Part shown: positions 25,378 through 38,600 of the stretch, piece by piece | How the letters are laid out: each line of letters starts with the position of its first letter | How positions within the stretch are numbered: the stretch's first letter is position 1 | From: Macrostomum lignano | Lineage: Eukaryota | Assembly: GCA_002269645.1 (NCBI GenBank) | Contig: NIVC01003989.1 | Span: 1-64,000 of the forward strand | DNA length: 64,000 nt | Reading direction: 5' to 3' | Made by a program: the position numbers and the translations under genes | The notes under the pieces: model-generated | The model's input: the letters and a program-made list of their open reading frames with translations, nothing else | The model's database searches: none | Told to the model about the DNA's origin: nothing

Positions 25378-25750
25378 TGAATTTAGGATTGGGATCTAAG
25401 AGATTCTATGAATTTAGGATTGGGATCTAAGAGATTCTATGAATTTAGGATTGGGATTTAAGAGATTCTATGAATTTAGGATTGGAATCTAATAGATTCT
25501 GTGAATTTAGCATTGGGATCTAAGAGATTCTGTGAATTTAGGATTGGGATCTAAGAGATTCTAAGAATTTAGCATTGGGATCTAAGAGATTCTATGAATT
25601 TAGGATTGGGATCTAAGAGATTCTGTGAATTTAGGATTGGGATCTAAGAGATCCATGAATTTAGGATTGGGATCTAAGAGATTCTATGAATTTAGGATTG
25701 GGATCTAAGAGATTCTGTGAATTTAGGATTGGGATCTAAGAGATTCTGTG
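25378..25750. repeat. 31-bp satellite (GAATTTAGGATTGGGATCTAAGAGATTCTAT), short array
   Basis: Tandem units. Confidence 0.9.
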
Positions 25751-26144
25751 AACCCAATGAACAAGCAATGAACCCAATTTAGCTAAGCAATGCTCTCAGT
25801 TCTGTAATGCCATAAACCCAATTTAACTAAGCAATGATCTCAGTTCTGTTATGCAATGAACCCAATTTCGCTAAGCAATGATCTCAGTTCTGTTATGCAA
25901 TGAACACAATTTAGCTAATCATTTTGCTTAGCTAATCACTGATCCCAATTCCATTATGATCCCATCTAATTTTAATTTATTAGGTGAATAAAGCAGGATT
26001 TACCTGATACGTCTCATCGGGCCGTATTATACATATCAGGTTAAACTACTTGTGATGGCTATCGAACTCAGATGCGCTACTGGCAGACAAAAATGCACTC
26101 AAGCATTACTCACGTTAATTGCATCTTTATTAGTCTTTCAAGTC

Positions 26145-27553
26145 CTACTCGTCCATGAAATAATGTGATGGCCCAGGCTTCTCGGACACATTGGGAGCCT
26201 TAGGGGTTGACATAGCGGGGATCTGCTGACTTCTGTTGATATGATCTCGGGAAAATGTCACCTGTGAAATGAAATTTATATATGAATTTAATCAATTTTT
26301 TATATTCATATTACTCTTGAATGAATGAATAAACCTAATCTTTAGAGATAAGAGGCCTCATTGAACAAGTTAATAATGAATCTAAGCAGTCAATCACTTA
26401 TTGCTTCTTTAGTACGTTCTCTGACACCATATTTCTATTTAACCCACACGTAATACTCGTAAAATCAACTTACCTCTTTGTCCCCAAATCGCACTTTAAT
26501 TCTTCGCACCTCATCGAATTGGTCGAACATTCGCTCTGGGTACTGTAATACCATTTCGTCGTCACGGTTAGCATATTTCTCCCGCTGGGAGCTTTGCGTC
26601 ACCCGTAGCTCCTCGAAGCACTGTTGGCTAGAAAGCGCATCCTTGTACCACTGGGTAATGTCGGAGACATCAGCAGAGTCTTCTGGCCAATGCTGAATTT
26701 CCGCTTTCGAACATCCGAGACTGATTGTCTGGGAATATTCCTGGACTTGAGCACCATGAATCGCTAGAACGTCGCCCACAGACCAGTCATTCACTTGGGC
26801 AGTAGAGCTGGCCCAAAATGTGCACGACACGGAGGACCCAGACTGATCAACAAGCGTCACTTTCGCCAGGTTGATAAGTTTTCCGGAACCGGTTTTAACT
26901 TCCGTTGGTTTCTGGACAGCAGAAATCGTGCCATAGACGTTAACATTCCTGAGATATGTGAGGCAAAGGGTGAACTTACAAGAATGCATTAACTCATTCA
27001 CTAAGCAACTTCACTGACTGATTTAAATAAGTTTCCCTAGAAATAATTGGCTAACCTAACATTTAGTGGGAATATATATTCCAAATCCTTTCCATTTTAT
27101 TTTTAACAATTGCAACAAGTTAACTTACATTTTCATTTCACAGTCCGAAATCTCTTTTATCTTCTTATAGCTTGGTGCACGTCGAGTGACGGTCTCGAGG
27201 GTCCTCACAATGGTTCCACGTTGGTCAATTGAAACTGTTAGCTCGTGCTCATTGTCCGTAGTGCTGTATTTGGGATCCGCCTTCTTCACCCAGCCGCCGG
27301 ATATGCGGACGGCGACGCCCTCACGACACACCTCCAGGAAAGGCTTAAGATCCTTTCCGAACACGCTTACACGTATATCGCCGGTGTCGTCACAGAGGAT
27401 AAAGGAAAACACTTGGCCTGGTCCTCTTTTGCCTTCAAAGTCCGTGATTTTGGACAGCCTCATTACGAGGCCAACGATTGCAGCGTGCATCAGGCCCGGA
27501 AGCAGAGCAGAGATACACGCTTTGCTTTTCTTGGCTCCTTCGGTTGACTCCAT
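26145..27553 (-). CDS. RPA70-like ssDNA-binding protein 2 (two OB folds, 338 aa, intact)
   Basis: Exons 27553-27129, 26948-26474, 26261-26145 sum to 1017 nt with GT-AG sites and the same phases as RPA-like-1; OB-A and OB-B motifs present. Confidence 0.85.
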
Positions 27554-28370
27554 ATTGCTCGATTGATAGTTGCCAAAAATATGGATTATAAAAATTTCAC
27601 TGATAAGGTCTTTACGGTTTGTGGTTTGATAGTTTTAGCATCAAGGCCAATTGTGCCAGTTTATATTGCAGCATTTCGTTTCGGACAACCCTAACTGTGA
27701 TGACTCATGCCAATAGAGGGTGCCATGTAAAGATCAATTTAGATCTGGCTAACCAATCAGAGAGAGTTTTGTTCTAATCCACCCACTGGGCTACTTGTTG
27801 TGGATTGGCTGGTGATTGCCTTAGCTTTTACGTTCTTTCTTTATGTACACTGTGTGGGGTGTCAGAGTCGAGTGTGGTGCGACTTGTTATGCAATCTGTT
27901 TTCGACACACTTCAATAATAGGACACAAAAAATATCTTAAATGTACACTGTAATTGGGAAGCCAGTGCGGCGTGTGGCTAACGTGGCTAAAAATAGAGGG
28001 TTTCAAGTCAGCCAATAGCAGTAAACTTTGTATTCAACTAAAGTGATTTCATTAAACTGCCAGTGCAAGCCCCAACCTAGTGCGACTTTTCAGTAATCAC
28101 AAACAGCTAAAGCCTCATGACGCTCACCAATGAAGCCTCACACGATTTTAACTGGGGTTGGGGGTGGCCCTAAGCTGGTATTCATTTTTGCCTAAGCTGA
28201 AACGGGCTTTAAAAAAATGAAATGAGTTTCATTTCCTTAGCAAGGTTTTCAAACCAATCTCGCTAATCCTTGCTTGACATGAGTGAGCGTATATAAACCA
28301 GAGTGAGCGTACGACACGCTCGTATAATTTCCACTGTATAGTTCCACTGTTTAACTCCACTGTTCCACAA
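27554..28370. promoter_or_regulatory. Putative bidirectional promoter between RPA-like-2 and ZK2
   Basis: Head-to-head genes, with multiple CCAAT boxes (about 27752, 27805, 28012, 28127). Confidence 0.5.
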
Positions 28371-28612
28371 ATGAAGTTTACCCAGAACTTCTTTTCCGGC
28401 GGCGGCAGGCGGCGAGGAGGCCGCGGTGGTGGACACCCTAGAAAACCTAGTAAGTCTCATTTCTAAGTCTCATTACTGTAATTAAGTCTTTCGAAACCAC
28501 CTGTTGAGTAAAATTGCACTTTCCAAACTTAACAGTGGCCTGTTATCTCTGCGGTGGAGGTCACCCTGTGGCCCGGTGTCCGGACCTGGCCGACATGCGG
28601 CTGCAGCAGCAG

Positions 28613-28656
<44 letters not shown>

Positions 28657-28660
28657 GCAA

Positions 28661-28695
<35 letters not shown>

Positions 28696-28726
28696 GCCGC
28701 AGCAGCAGCAGCAGCGGAATAATTAA
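28371..28726 (+). CDS. ZK2: two-exon RGG + zinc knuckle + polyQ protein (about 89 aa)
   Basis: Exon 1 28371-28449 (MKFTQNFFSGGGRRRGGRGGGHPRKP, A|GTAAGT); exon 2 28536-28726 after CTTAACAG gives MACYLCGGGHPVARCPDLADMRLQ(n); AATAAA downstream. Confidence 0.75.
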
Positions 28727-29100
28727 ATTCAATTTGTTTGTGGAATTAACTTGATATGATTTCTTGATTTTTTTATTTATGTGTTTGAGAATTTAAAGAA
28801 TTCTAAATAAATAAAATAAATAATTCTGTTTACTGAATAAATAAGTGTTTCGTGTTGCTTTTTCTTACTCCTAAATGAAAATAAGAAACTTAACTGACAC
28901 AGCTCATTGCTATGATCAATTTAGAACCTAAAATGAAGTTTTGGAGCTTAATTGAAAGTTTTTAACTAAACAAACATCCATATGAAAGTATGCAAAATAA
29001 CATATTATAAATAAGGGAATTCAATGACAACTGATGAGTTTAATAATTGCTTTGTGAATACTTACTTACAAAGACAGTAGAGATGATGAATTCGCAGATT

Positions 29101-29541
29101 GCTCCGCCAACAAGACAGTATCATTGCACAGTTCATTGCATTTGACTGCAAGAATAATGGTGTCAATCCTACTGCTTGTTGGCTTGCTTTACTCTGCACT
29201 GCTGGTCAGAGGCATTCACTGGGGCAAGTTAAGTTCACGCACTCAACGTCACACAAAAAGCTTAGCTATCACAAGTCTCTAGGTTTGCTGAAGCTGCTTC
29301 AAACCTCTCTCTCATGGCTGCATACCCTCAGTTTTAGAGTGGAAGAACCTCTGAATCGTGAAAAAGCAGCGAACACGTTATTTCAACCACAATCTCAAGG
29401 CCCATTGATATGCAGCCAACCTGCTATATATTCACCTAATATTTACCTACATTAATTTCACTATTACTTATTAACTTTCATGGCACAACTAAATTGGGAT
29501 CCGATTGTATCCGATCCTATTCTGGTTTGCCTTGATCCCAA
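29101..29541. repeat. About 430-bp direct repeat, copy 2
   Basis: Matches 23657-24084. Confidence 0.9.
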
Positions 29542-29649
29542 TTTAGTATGCAAGGATCCCAACTTAGTTATGCCAAATGATCCCAATTACGCTAAGCAAT
29601 GATCTTAGTTCTGTTATGCAATGAACCCAATTAGGCTAAGCAATGATCT

Positions 29650-30870
29650 AGGATTGATATATAAGATTCTGTGAATTTAGGATTGGGATCTAAGAGATTC
29701 TATGAATTTAGGATTGGGATCTAAGAGATTCTATGAATTTAGGATTGGGATTTAAGAGATTCTATGAATTTAGGATTGGAATCTAATAGATTCTGTGAAT
29801 TTAGCATTGGGATCTAAGAGATTCTGTGAATTTAGGATTGGGATCTAAGAGATTCTATGAATTTAGGATTGGGATCTAAGAGATTCTAAGAATTTAGGAT
29901 TGGGATATAAGAGATTCTATGAATTTAGGATTGGGATCTAAGAGATTCTCTGAATTTAGCATTGGGATCTAAGAGATTCTGTGAATTTAGGATTGGGATC
30001 TAAGAGATTCTAAGAATTTAGCATTGGGATCTAAGAGATTCTATGAATTTAGGATTGGGATCTAAGAGATTCTGTGAATTTAGGATTGTGATCTAAGAGA
30101 TCCCATGAATTTAGGATTGGGATCTAAGAGATTCTATGAATTTAGGATTGGGATCTAAGAGATCCCATGAATTTAGGATTGGGATCTAAGAGACTCTGTG
30201 AATTTAGGATTGGGATCTAAGAGATTCTATGAATTTAGGATTGGGATCTAATAGATTCAATGAGATTAGGATTGGGATCTAAGAGATTCAATGAATTTAG
30301 GATTGGGATATAAGAGATTCTGTGAATTTAGGATTGGGATCTAAGAGATTCTGTGAATTTAGGATTGGGATCTAAGAGATTCTGTGAATTTAGGATTGGG
30401 ATCTAAGAGATTCAATGAATTTAGGATTGGGATCTAAGAGATTCTATGAGATTAGGATTGGGATCTAAGAGATTCTATGAGATTAGGATTGGGATCTAAG
30501 AGATTCTATGAATTTAGGATTGGGATATAAGAGATTCTATGAATTTAGGATTGGGATCTAAGAGATTCTGTGAATTTAGGATTGGGATCTAAGAGATTCT
30601 ATGAATTTAGGATTGGGATCAAAGAGATTCTGTGAATTTAGGATTGGGATCTAAGAGATTCTATGAATTTAGGATTGGGATATAAGAGATTCTATGAATT
30701 TAGGATTGGGATCTAAGAGATTCTGTGAATTTAGGATTGGGATTCAAGAGATTCTATGAATTTAGGATTGGAATCTAAGAGATTCTGTGAATTTAGCATT
30801 GGGATCTAAGAGATTCTATGAATTTAGCATTGGGATCTAAGAGATTCTATGAATTTAGGATTGGGATCTG
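29650..30870. repeat. 31-bp satellite, long array (about 1.2 kb)
   Basis: Period of 31 bp visible (e.g. AGGATTGGGA at 30361 and 30392). Confidence 0.95.
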
Positions 30871-31129
30871 TTATGCTCAGTTCTGTTATGCAATGAACCC
30901 AATTTAGCTAATCATTTTGCCTAGGTAATCCCTGATCTCAATTCCATTATGATCCCATCTAATTTGAATTTATTAGGTGAATAAAGCAGGATTTGCCTGA
31001 TATGTCTCAGCGGGCCATTTACATATCAGGATAAACTACTTGTGATCACTATTAAACACAGATACCAATGCGACACTCACAGACAAAATGACACAAGTAA
31101 TACTCACTTCAATGACGCCTGGAAATCGC

Positions 31130-34100
31130 CTAATCTCCAGTGAGCACTTCTGGATACACCACGTTTCTGGTCTTGGTGCCACAGATCCGGACGCGAACAT
31201 TCGCGGCGTTCTTCGCCCGTGACAGCGCCGTGTACAGCTGACCATGAGTGAAGCAACCGACAGCCAGGTCAACTCCAACGGTCTCCAGGGATTGTCCTTG
31301 TGCTTTGTGTATTGTAAGGCAGAAGCTCGGCTTCACCGGAAACTGCAGCCGCTTGAAACTCACTGGTAGATCCGCATTGTTTGGAATCAGCGGAATTCGC
31401 GGCAGCAGGATCTCGTCTCCAGTGAACTGACCGGCGGCAATCTTGCAGCGCAGCACATTATCGCCCATCGTGAGAACGATGAGCCGTGTACCGTTGCACA
31501 GCCGCGGCGGGTTGATATTCCGAAGAAGCACCAGCGGCATGCCCACCTTGATCCTGAGCAGATAAGTTGGAAAATTCGGGGCATCCAGCTGGTTTAGCAA
31601 CTCTGTCGGGAAATGCGTAGCGGCCTCCTCATCAGCCAGGCTGTCTACAGAGCGATACTCTCGCAGGCAACCCGGGAAAATGCCCAGACACGTCTCGTTG
31701 ATGGCATCAACAGAGTCGTTGTACGGCGCCAGTATCGCTCGACTTGCAAAATAGTCGTCCCGCTCCGCTGATTCTTCAAACGACGGGTACACGAACTTGA
31801 TCAGGTCATTCAGCGGAGCCTCTGCAGAAATCACCATCTCAGCGGGAAGGGACACCTTCTCCTCAGCATCCTGCTCGATTGTCCCGGTTCCGATCTGTGA
31901 AAAGAAAAGCAATAAAAACATGAAACATAATATTCGCAATGATTCGCGAGAAAAAATGATTTTTACACCCCATTCTCACCTGCATGAGTAGCTCCGTGAA
32001 CTTCTGGTACATCGCTGGCTCGGAGCTGCACAGCAGACGAATGTTTCTCGTCAAGCGATGTCGCTTGAAAAGTTTCCACAGCGAAGATCTGCAGACACAC
32101 GCCATGACGCTGTTGGCGCGGGTTCCATTCACTACGACAGGCAGGAGCTGGCGGAAGTCACCGGAACACACCAGAGTGACTCCTCCAAATGGCTTGTCCT
32201 GCTTCCGAACGTCTCGCAGACACCTGTCCACGGATTCCAGATCCTTTCGATTGGTCATGGAGATCTCGTCCCAGACAATCAGCCGAACTCTACGAAACAC
32301 TTCCGCTTGCTTGGACTGCGCGCCAACAGCGCAGACATCCTTGTTGGATCGGAGCAGCCGGACTGGGATCTTGAACCTAGAGTGAAGTTGTCATAGGTAG
32401 AATCGATTAGAAACGCGACTCTAAAATTCAGAAGCATTCCCCTAATCTAAAAAACTTACGTGGAATGCGCAGTCTGTCCGCCTGGCAGCAGAGTCGCTGC
32501 GATTCCAGACGCCGCAACTGCCAGGGCGAGTTCACCGCGGCTGCGCACAAAGGCCAGCAAAACCTCCAGCAGGAAGGTCTTGCCAGTGCCAGCGGGCGCG
32601 TCCAGGAAGTGCAAACCGCCCGAGCCGGCCACAAGATCCGCAGTCACCGACTCGTACACCGCAATCTGCTCCTCCGTCAGCATTGACAGTCTCGCTTCCC
32701 GGATCTCGGCCTGTTCAACCGGGTCGAACTGCATCGGTCCGACTTGAGGCGGCACGGAGGCCGCAGGCAAGCCGTACTCGGGCAGGCTGTGACCGCCCAT
32801 GGAGGTCAGCATGCTCTGCAGCTCGCGCAGCGCCAGGTCGGTGATTTCCTCAGCGCTCAGATCTCGGTGGTGAAACCGCAGGTCCTCGCACAGATCCTCG
32901 GCGAATGTGCACCACAGATCGCTGCCATCCTCAGGGTTGCCCCAAATCAGAATGACAGCCAGCAGGTGCCTGAGAGCTCTCGGCATTCGCGACTGGACTG
33001 CCTCGGCTAGGCAGCGCCGCCAGTGGTCGTCTCGTTGCAGCAGACCCAGGGCCGTGCAAGCAGCCTTGGCGCTGGGACACAGCACTCCGTCCACAGTGTG
33101 CAGCGCCTCGAAGCTGGTTGGCCCTCTAACCTGCAGGAGGAGCATTCGCATATAAAACAGATCCCCTGCTCTCGGACTCACCGTGTACATTCGGGCAATG
33201 TTCGTGTTGTGCACAACACCAGGGTGGCCCTCAACTCTCGAACCCTTCTTGGCGCGGCGCCACTCCCTCTCGCTGTGGTGCCACACGAAGTAGGACGGCA
33301 CCTCGGTGTACACCAGGCCTCTAGCGAATTCATCAGTGCGGCACAGCTTGAAGAAAGCCGTCAGCGTCGAATCTCTGGGCGCCCTGGCCTTTGTGCTCGC
33401 ATTTTGCTCGTTGAAATACACGAGCTGCTCGTTAGACTTGTGCACGCACAATCGGATCACAGCCGGAAATCTGTTGTGCACCTGTTGTGTTTTAGTTTAA
33501 AAACCATATCATTATTTTCCCATTCTTTGCTCCTAGCACTGCCTTGCAAACATCTATGACTTACTTCAAAGCCCAAGATGGTATTCACGGCTTCCATTGG
33601 GCCTATGTAGCGCGCCAGCAGATACTCCTTGATCTCATTTCGCCCCTCCTTCTTGGCTTGAGTCGGAGCCTTGCTAGCTGAACCTTCCTGTCGTTCGCCA
33701 TCCGCAGCCTGCTCTCCTGGCCCGCTCGGCTTCTTGTTTGCCTCGAACTTGAACGACGCCATGTCGCCGCCTTTTAGCAAGTACTTGATCACGTACTTGA
33801 CCGACTTGACGGTGGCACAAACTTCAAAGTTCATGTGGCATTCGAAAAGGAGCAGCAGGCCCGGGTTGTATGGTACAACCGACCTGTATTTGTGCCAGGA
33901 AAAGAATTGCTAATTAATGATTTATGTATTCTAGCAATGGTAAATTAAACTTACAGTAAATAAACAATTTAGCAATATAAATAAACTAAACACAAGGCTA
34001 AACTAAGTACTTTGCTTTCGTATTAAAGAATCAACCTTTCAATCAAGTCTGAAAAAACACCAACACCTCCTCACTCACCTGTTGTCCATGCGAATGCTGC

Positions 34101-37100
34101 GGCCTTTGAATAGTTTGTCCACCGTAAATCCGCCCATCTCAGGGGACAGCCTGCGATACAATGGGTAGCCAGTATCGCTGGTTAGGGTCGCCTGCTGGAA
34201 CTCCTTCGGGAAGCCCTTGCTGCACTGGCCGTCCACCATGCACGGGCAGGCTGGATTTACCACGCCGCAGGGGCCATGGATCATGTGAGTCTTCACCAGC
34301 TCGTGCAGCCTCGGCTGCTGCTGTGGGTCCGGGATCTCAGCGGACACGATTTTGTCGTAGCGGTCCGGAGTCACTCTCTGTCCACTGACCAGCCAGAGCA
34401 GAAAGTGCACATGGGGGAGACCTGTGGAAGACATAAACAAGTGATTCAAAGCGACGTATGAGTGATCACAATTTAGTCATGTAAATTAATTAAAATTCTA
34501 AACCAGCGTTTGCATCGTAGAGAAAGCGAAGTTTGAATCATGGAGAAACTGGAGTTTGAATCATGGCTAAACCAGAGCTTAATTCCGGTTTGCAATGACC
34601 CCTTGCATAAAAATATGGATTGCTAAACCTGGAATGCAATTACAGAATGAAAATTGAAAGCGCAATTTGCTAACTTACCGCGCTTCTGATATTCCAGAGA
34701 GCAAACATGCGCGGCCTCCTTTCCAAAGCGCTTCCTCAGCTCGGCAAGCAGAGCCTTCTTCTTCAGCTCGAAAACACGCGTGACAATATCCGGCCGGTCC
34801 TCAGGTCGCTGTCCAGGCAGCAGCTGTGCACTGATTTCCGGCCACTTAGGGTTGCACGTCGCCGTGACAAACAGGTCCGGCTTGCCAAACTTTTGTACAT
34901 AGGTCATGGCGTCTTGCAGCCTCTCCATCAGGTACCTTGGCCCGCCAACGAAGCTGGAGGACAGGAACACGTGCGCAGGCTTGCCAATATCAGTCGGATT
35001 TGTGTCGGTCGACCTGCCATCAGCAGCGAATAGAGCGTCTCGCAGACCGCTGTACGTCTCACTGCGCAGATCGCTCTGATGGGTCCGCAGATAGAGCAGC
35101 CTCTCTGACTCAATCTTGGCGCACATGTCCACCAGGTACTGCTGGAACAGCCGCCGTCCGTGGTGCAGCAGGCTGCTATGGCCCGCTCGCACCATGATTT
35201 CGCTGGCATAGTACTTCATCGGCGTCAGCTTGCGGCCATTGCTCATGCGCAGCTCCGGGTGCCAGCCGTCCTCGCCATGGGGGAACAGCAACACGTACTC
35301 CAGTGCATCATACGATCGGTGCGTTTTGCTAATCCTCTTGTAGCCGCCACCCCGCAGTTGAATGACAACATCTCGGCTAGTTGCTGGCTCATCACCGTCT
35401 TCAGGGGCCTCAGTGTCCTCAGTGTCCTTAACAATGAGGATGCCGACCTCGTTTGCCGTGGGCAAATTGTAGCGCCTGATTTTGAACGGTAGTAACAAAT
35501 GCTTTTAACAAAACTCTTTACAACGGTAAACATTCCTGTGTACACAGGCACAAAGCTTTAAAAGACAGGTTTTAAAATGTGTTCGAATCCCTTTTCAGTT
35601 ATTGTTAGCTCACCGAATGTGTTCCCAGAAGGTCTTCGGTCCGGGTGAATCACGATTCGCGCATCCACAAGCTCCGGATCCTCCATGATCCGCTGTGCTG
35701 CAGCCTTCAGGCTCCGAACGTAAAGGTTGCACTCGTGAAGCAACGTCTGTAGCAGCTCATGTAGCTCTGGCTTCACCCTATCGCTCAGACTCTGCTGGCT
35801 TTCGAGTTCGCGGTCAGTGAAGTACACCTGCCAGCCGCGAGGAACAGCAGACGCTTCAGCAAACAGCGGCATAGCAGTGTGGTGCAGCTGACCGCTGATG
35901 ATGTAGCTGGGATTCCAGCCTGGCACCAACCGCGGCTTGGCACTCAGCGAGGTCAGGTGCAGCACAGAGTTGTAGCTCCGGATGTTGGTCAGGAACTCTG
36001 AGCTCATGCCATGCCGGCCCATGTACAGGTCAGCCAGCAGCTGTGGCACAGTCCGGGTGGGCAGCTTCACCTTGCCGCCAGCACAGCAGAAATTGCCTGT
36101 CTCCATGCGGAACAGCTTGGCACCGCAATGGTTGCATGCCCAGTCCATTGGCCCGCAGTCATGGGCTGGAGCTTCTGGCCTCGCCATCGTCTCAGGCCTG
36201 ATAATAAAAATGGAATGTATCTCTTAGTAACTGTTAAATGTAAATGTAACTGTTCATTGTGTGTCAGTTTACCTTGCAGTAGCGGGTCCGTCTTCAGCGC
36301 GGCCCGCAGTCTCATGTTCCGCCGGCATCGCGCTGGGGCCCTTGGCCTTTTTGGCCCTCTTGGCAGGAGTTCTGCTTGCTGCCAGGCTTGGGAACTCAGC
36401 ATCTGTAAAGGCTTGCAAAAGCTCTCGAAGTCTCAGTGACTCGTAATGTTCATGGCGCAAAAGCACACGCACAATGGCATTAGGAGGGCGCAAATTAGCC
36501 CTGAAATATTGCATCACACTACCATTGGCCTGGTAAATGACCAGATCCACATCAAAGCAGCGGCTCAACAAAGAGGCAACTTCATCTGAAACATAAATTC
36601 CTGCTTGAAAAGAGGAATTCACGATCTCATCAGCACTCTCAGGTGCAATGAGGCCATCTGCAATCAGCTGTGGCATGAGTTCTGCAACACGGCAAGACAA
36701 GTCCTGCCGCAGGGAGGCTGCGTCAGTTTCCAGCGGGGTTCCACGCAGCTGATCACACACAGCATAAAAAAAGCAATTGCCATCACCAACAATGGGGATT
36801 ACCTGCAACTGCTCAAAGGGTACTATAGTTTCTGTACCTTGCTGCTGGGTGTCCGACCTAAGGGGCAATGGGTGAACGTAAGCACAGCAGCCTTAATTGG
36901 CTTTTTAAGACAATTCATTCCTCAAAAATCGTTATCCGCTTAATTTATACAGAATAAAATAGATACTACAAATTATCCCCTTCAAGGCAATTCAGAAAAA
37001 AACAAAAATAAAGACTTGTTATAAAAAGTTACTATACAACTCACCTAGAAACCACAGCTCCACGGCAACGAATCCGATCGGCTTCCAGTCGGGCAGCCCA

Positions 37101-37454
37101 CTCTGCCTCAGTCTCAGCCTCTCTGCGCTGAGCGTCCCGCTGCCGCTGTTCTTCCAGTCGGGCAGCCCACTCTGCCTCAGTCTCAGCATCTCTGCGCTGA
37201 GCATTCCGCTGCCGCTGTTCTTCCAGTCGGGCAGCTCGCTCTGCCTCAGTCTCAGCATGTCTGCGCTGAGCATCCCGCTGCCGCTGTTCTTCCAGTCGGG
37301 CATCCCGCTCTGCCTCAGTCTCAGCATGTCTGCGCTGAGCATCCCGCTGCCGCTGTTCTTCCAGTCGGGCATCCCGCTCTGCCTCGGATTCTGCCTGTCG
37401 CCGTCGCTTGGCATCGCGGCTCTTCTTTAAACTGCTGGCGCCGCGTCGAACCAT
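31130..37454 (-). CDS. Helitron H2 Rep/helicase polyprotein (STPR-like repeats, OTU, ZnF, HUH Rep, Pif1 helicase), about 1740 aa, 9 exons
   Basis: Exons 37454-37045, 36857-36273, 36197-35614, 35475-34679, 34421-34079, 33883-33565, 33481-32460, 32376-31980, 31894-31130. All phases are consistent if one G is restored near 35622. All three Rep motifs and the Pif1 motifs through TIHKAQGQSL and HGQLYTALSRA are present. Confidence 0.9.
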
Positions 37455-37934
37455 GATTGAGAAATGAGAAGTGAAATGAAATTAGTTCAGAAAGAATGAT
37501 ATGGTTTGAAAGATGAAAGTTTGTGAATTTGGATGTCTGAAGAATCAGATAAGGTGCCCTTGAGCCAAACTATTACAGGCTATTTATCATCCAGTGGGCT
37601 GAATTGGAGCTTATCTTAAGACGCAGGGTAGAAACTGAAAAATCGATAAAGAAGAAAGGGGTCTAAATCTAAAAAACCTATGATTTGGGGTGTGGGCTCT
37701 CCAGGCCCGTGTGTCCAAATTCCGGGGCAGAGGGCTCACAATGTACACTGGTCTGCGCCAGCCAGTGAAAAAAACTGTGAATGTAATCTATTTATGACTG
37801 TCTCGCCAGTGGGGTTGATACAGCTATGTACTTTTGACATAGTGAAATTCTTATCAGAGTTACCAGTATCACTGATATCAGTGATATCATCAATATCAGT
37901 GATAATCAGTATCACTTTTAACAAAACTGGTTTT

Positions 37935-38440
37935 GCAATGATTCAAACTCTGGTTTAGCCATGATTCAAACTCTGGTTTAGCCATGAGTCAGACTCTCGT
38001 TTAGCCATGATTCAAACTCTGGTTTTGCCATGATTCAAACTTTGGTTTAGCCATGATTCAAACTCTGGTTTAGTCATGATTCAAACGATGGTTTAGCCAT
38101 GACTTAAACTCTGGTTTAGCCATGATTCAAACAATGGTTTAGCCATGATTCAAACACTGGTTTTAGCCATGATTCAGACTCTGGTTTAGCCATGATTCAG
38201 ACTCTGGTTTAGCCATGATTCAGACTCTGGTTTAGCCATGATTCAGACTCTGGTTTAGCCATGATTCAGACTCTGGTTTAGCCATGATTCAGACTCTGGT
38301 TTAGCCATGATTCAAACACTGGTTTTAGCCATGATTCAGACTCTGGTTTAGCCATGATTTAAACTCTGGTTTAGCCATGATTCAGACTCTGGTTTAGCCA
38401 TGATTTAAACTCTGGTTTAGTCTGATTCAAGCTCTATTTT
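37935..38440. repeat. 23-bp minisatellite (GATTCAGACTCTGGTTTAGCCAT) upstream of RepHel-2
   Basis: About 21 tandem units; two inverted units also occur in intron 4 at about 34545-34580. Confidence 0.9.
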
Positions 38441-38538
38441 TGCAATGATTCAAAGTCAGATAATATTTTATTTACGAAGTGAATGAAAAAAATAAATTTA
38501 AATAATCTTCAATCACTACTGGCTGAAATTTGACGCAG

Positions 38539-38600
38539 TGCAGAATCGAACCCTAGCCGAGCCTATAACCAATTCCTAGTGCCTACACATCGGCTATTCC
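38539..38600 (-). other. tRNA-derived / Pol III-promoter-like cassette in the H2 5' region
   Basis: Minus strand GGAATAGCCGATGTGTAGGCACTAGG...GGGTTCGATTC; homologous to 43682-43750 and 51658-51735. Confidence 0.5.

Noticed and set aside
29650-30870. CRISPR-like regular repeats (also 62380-62700)
   Set aside because: Tandem units without unique spacers, eukaryotic context, no cas genes.
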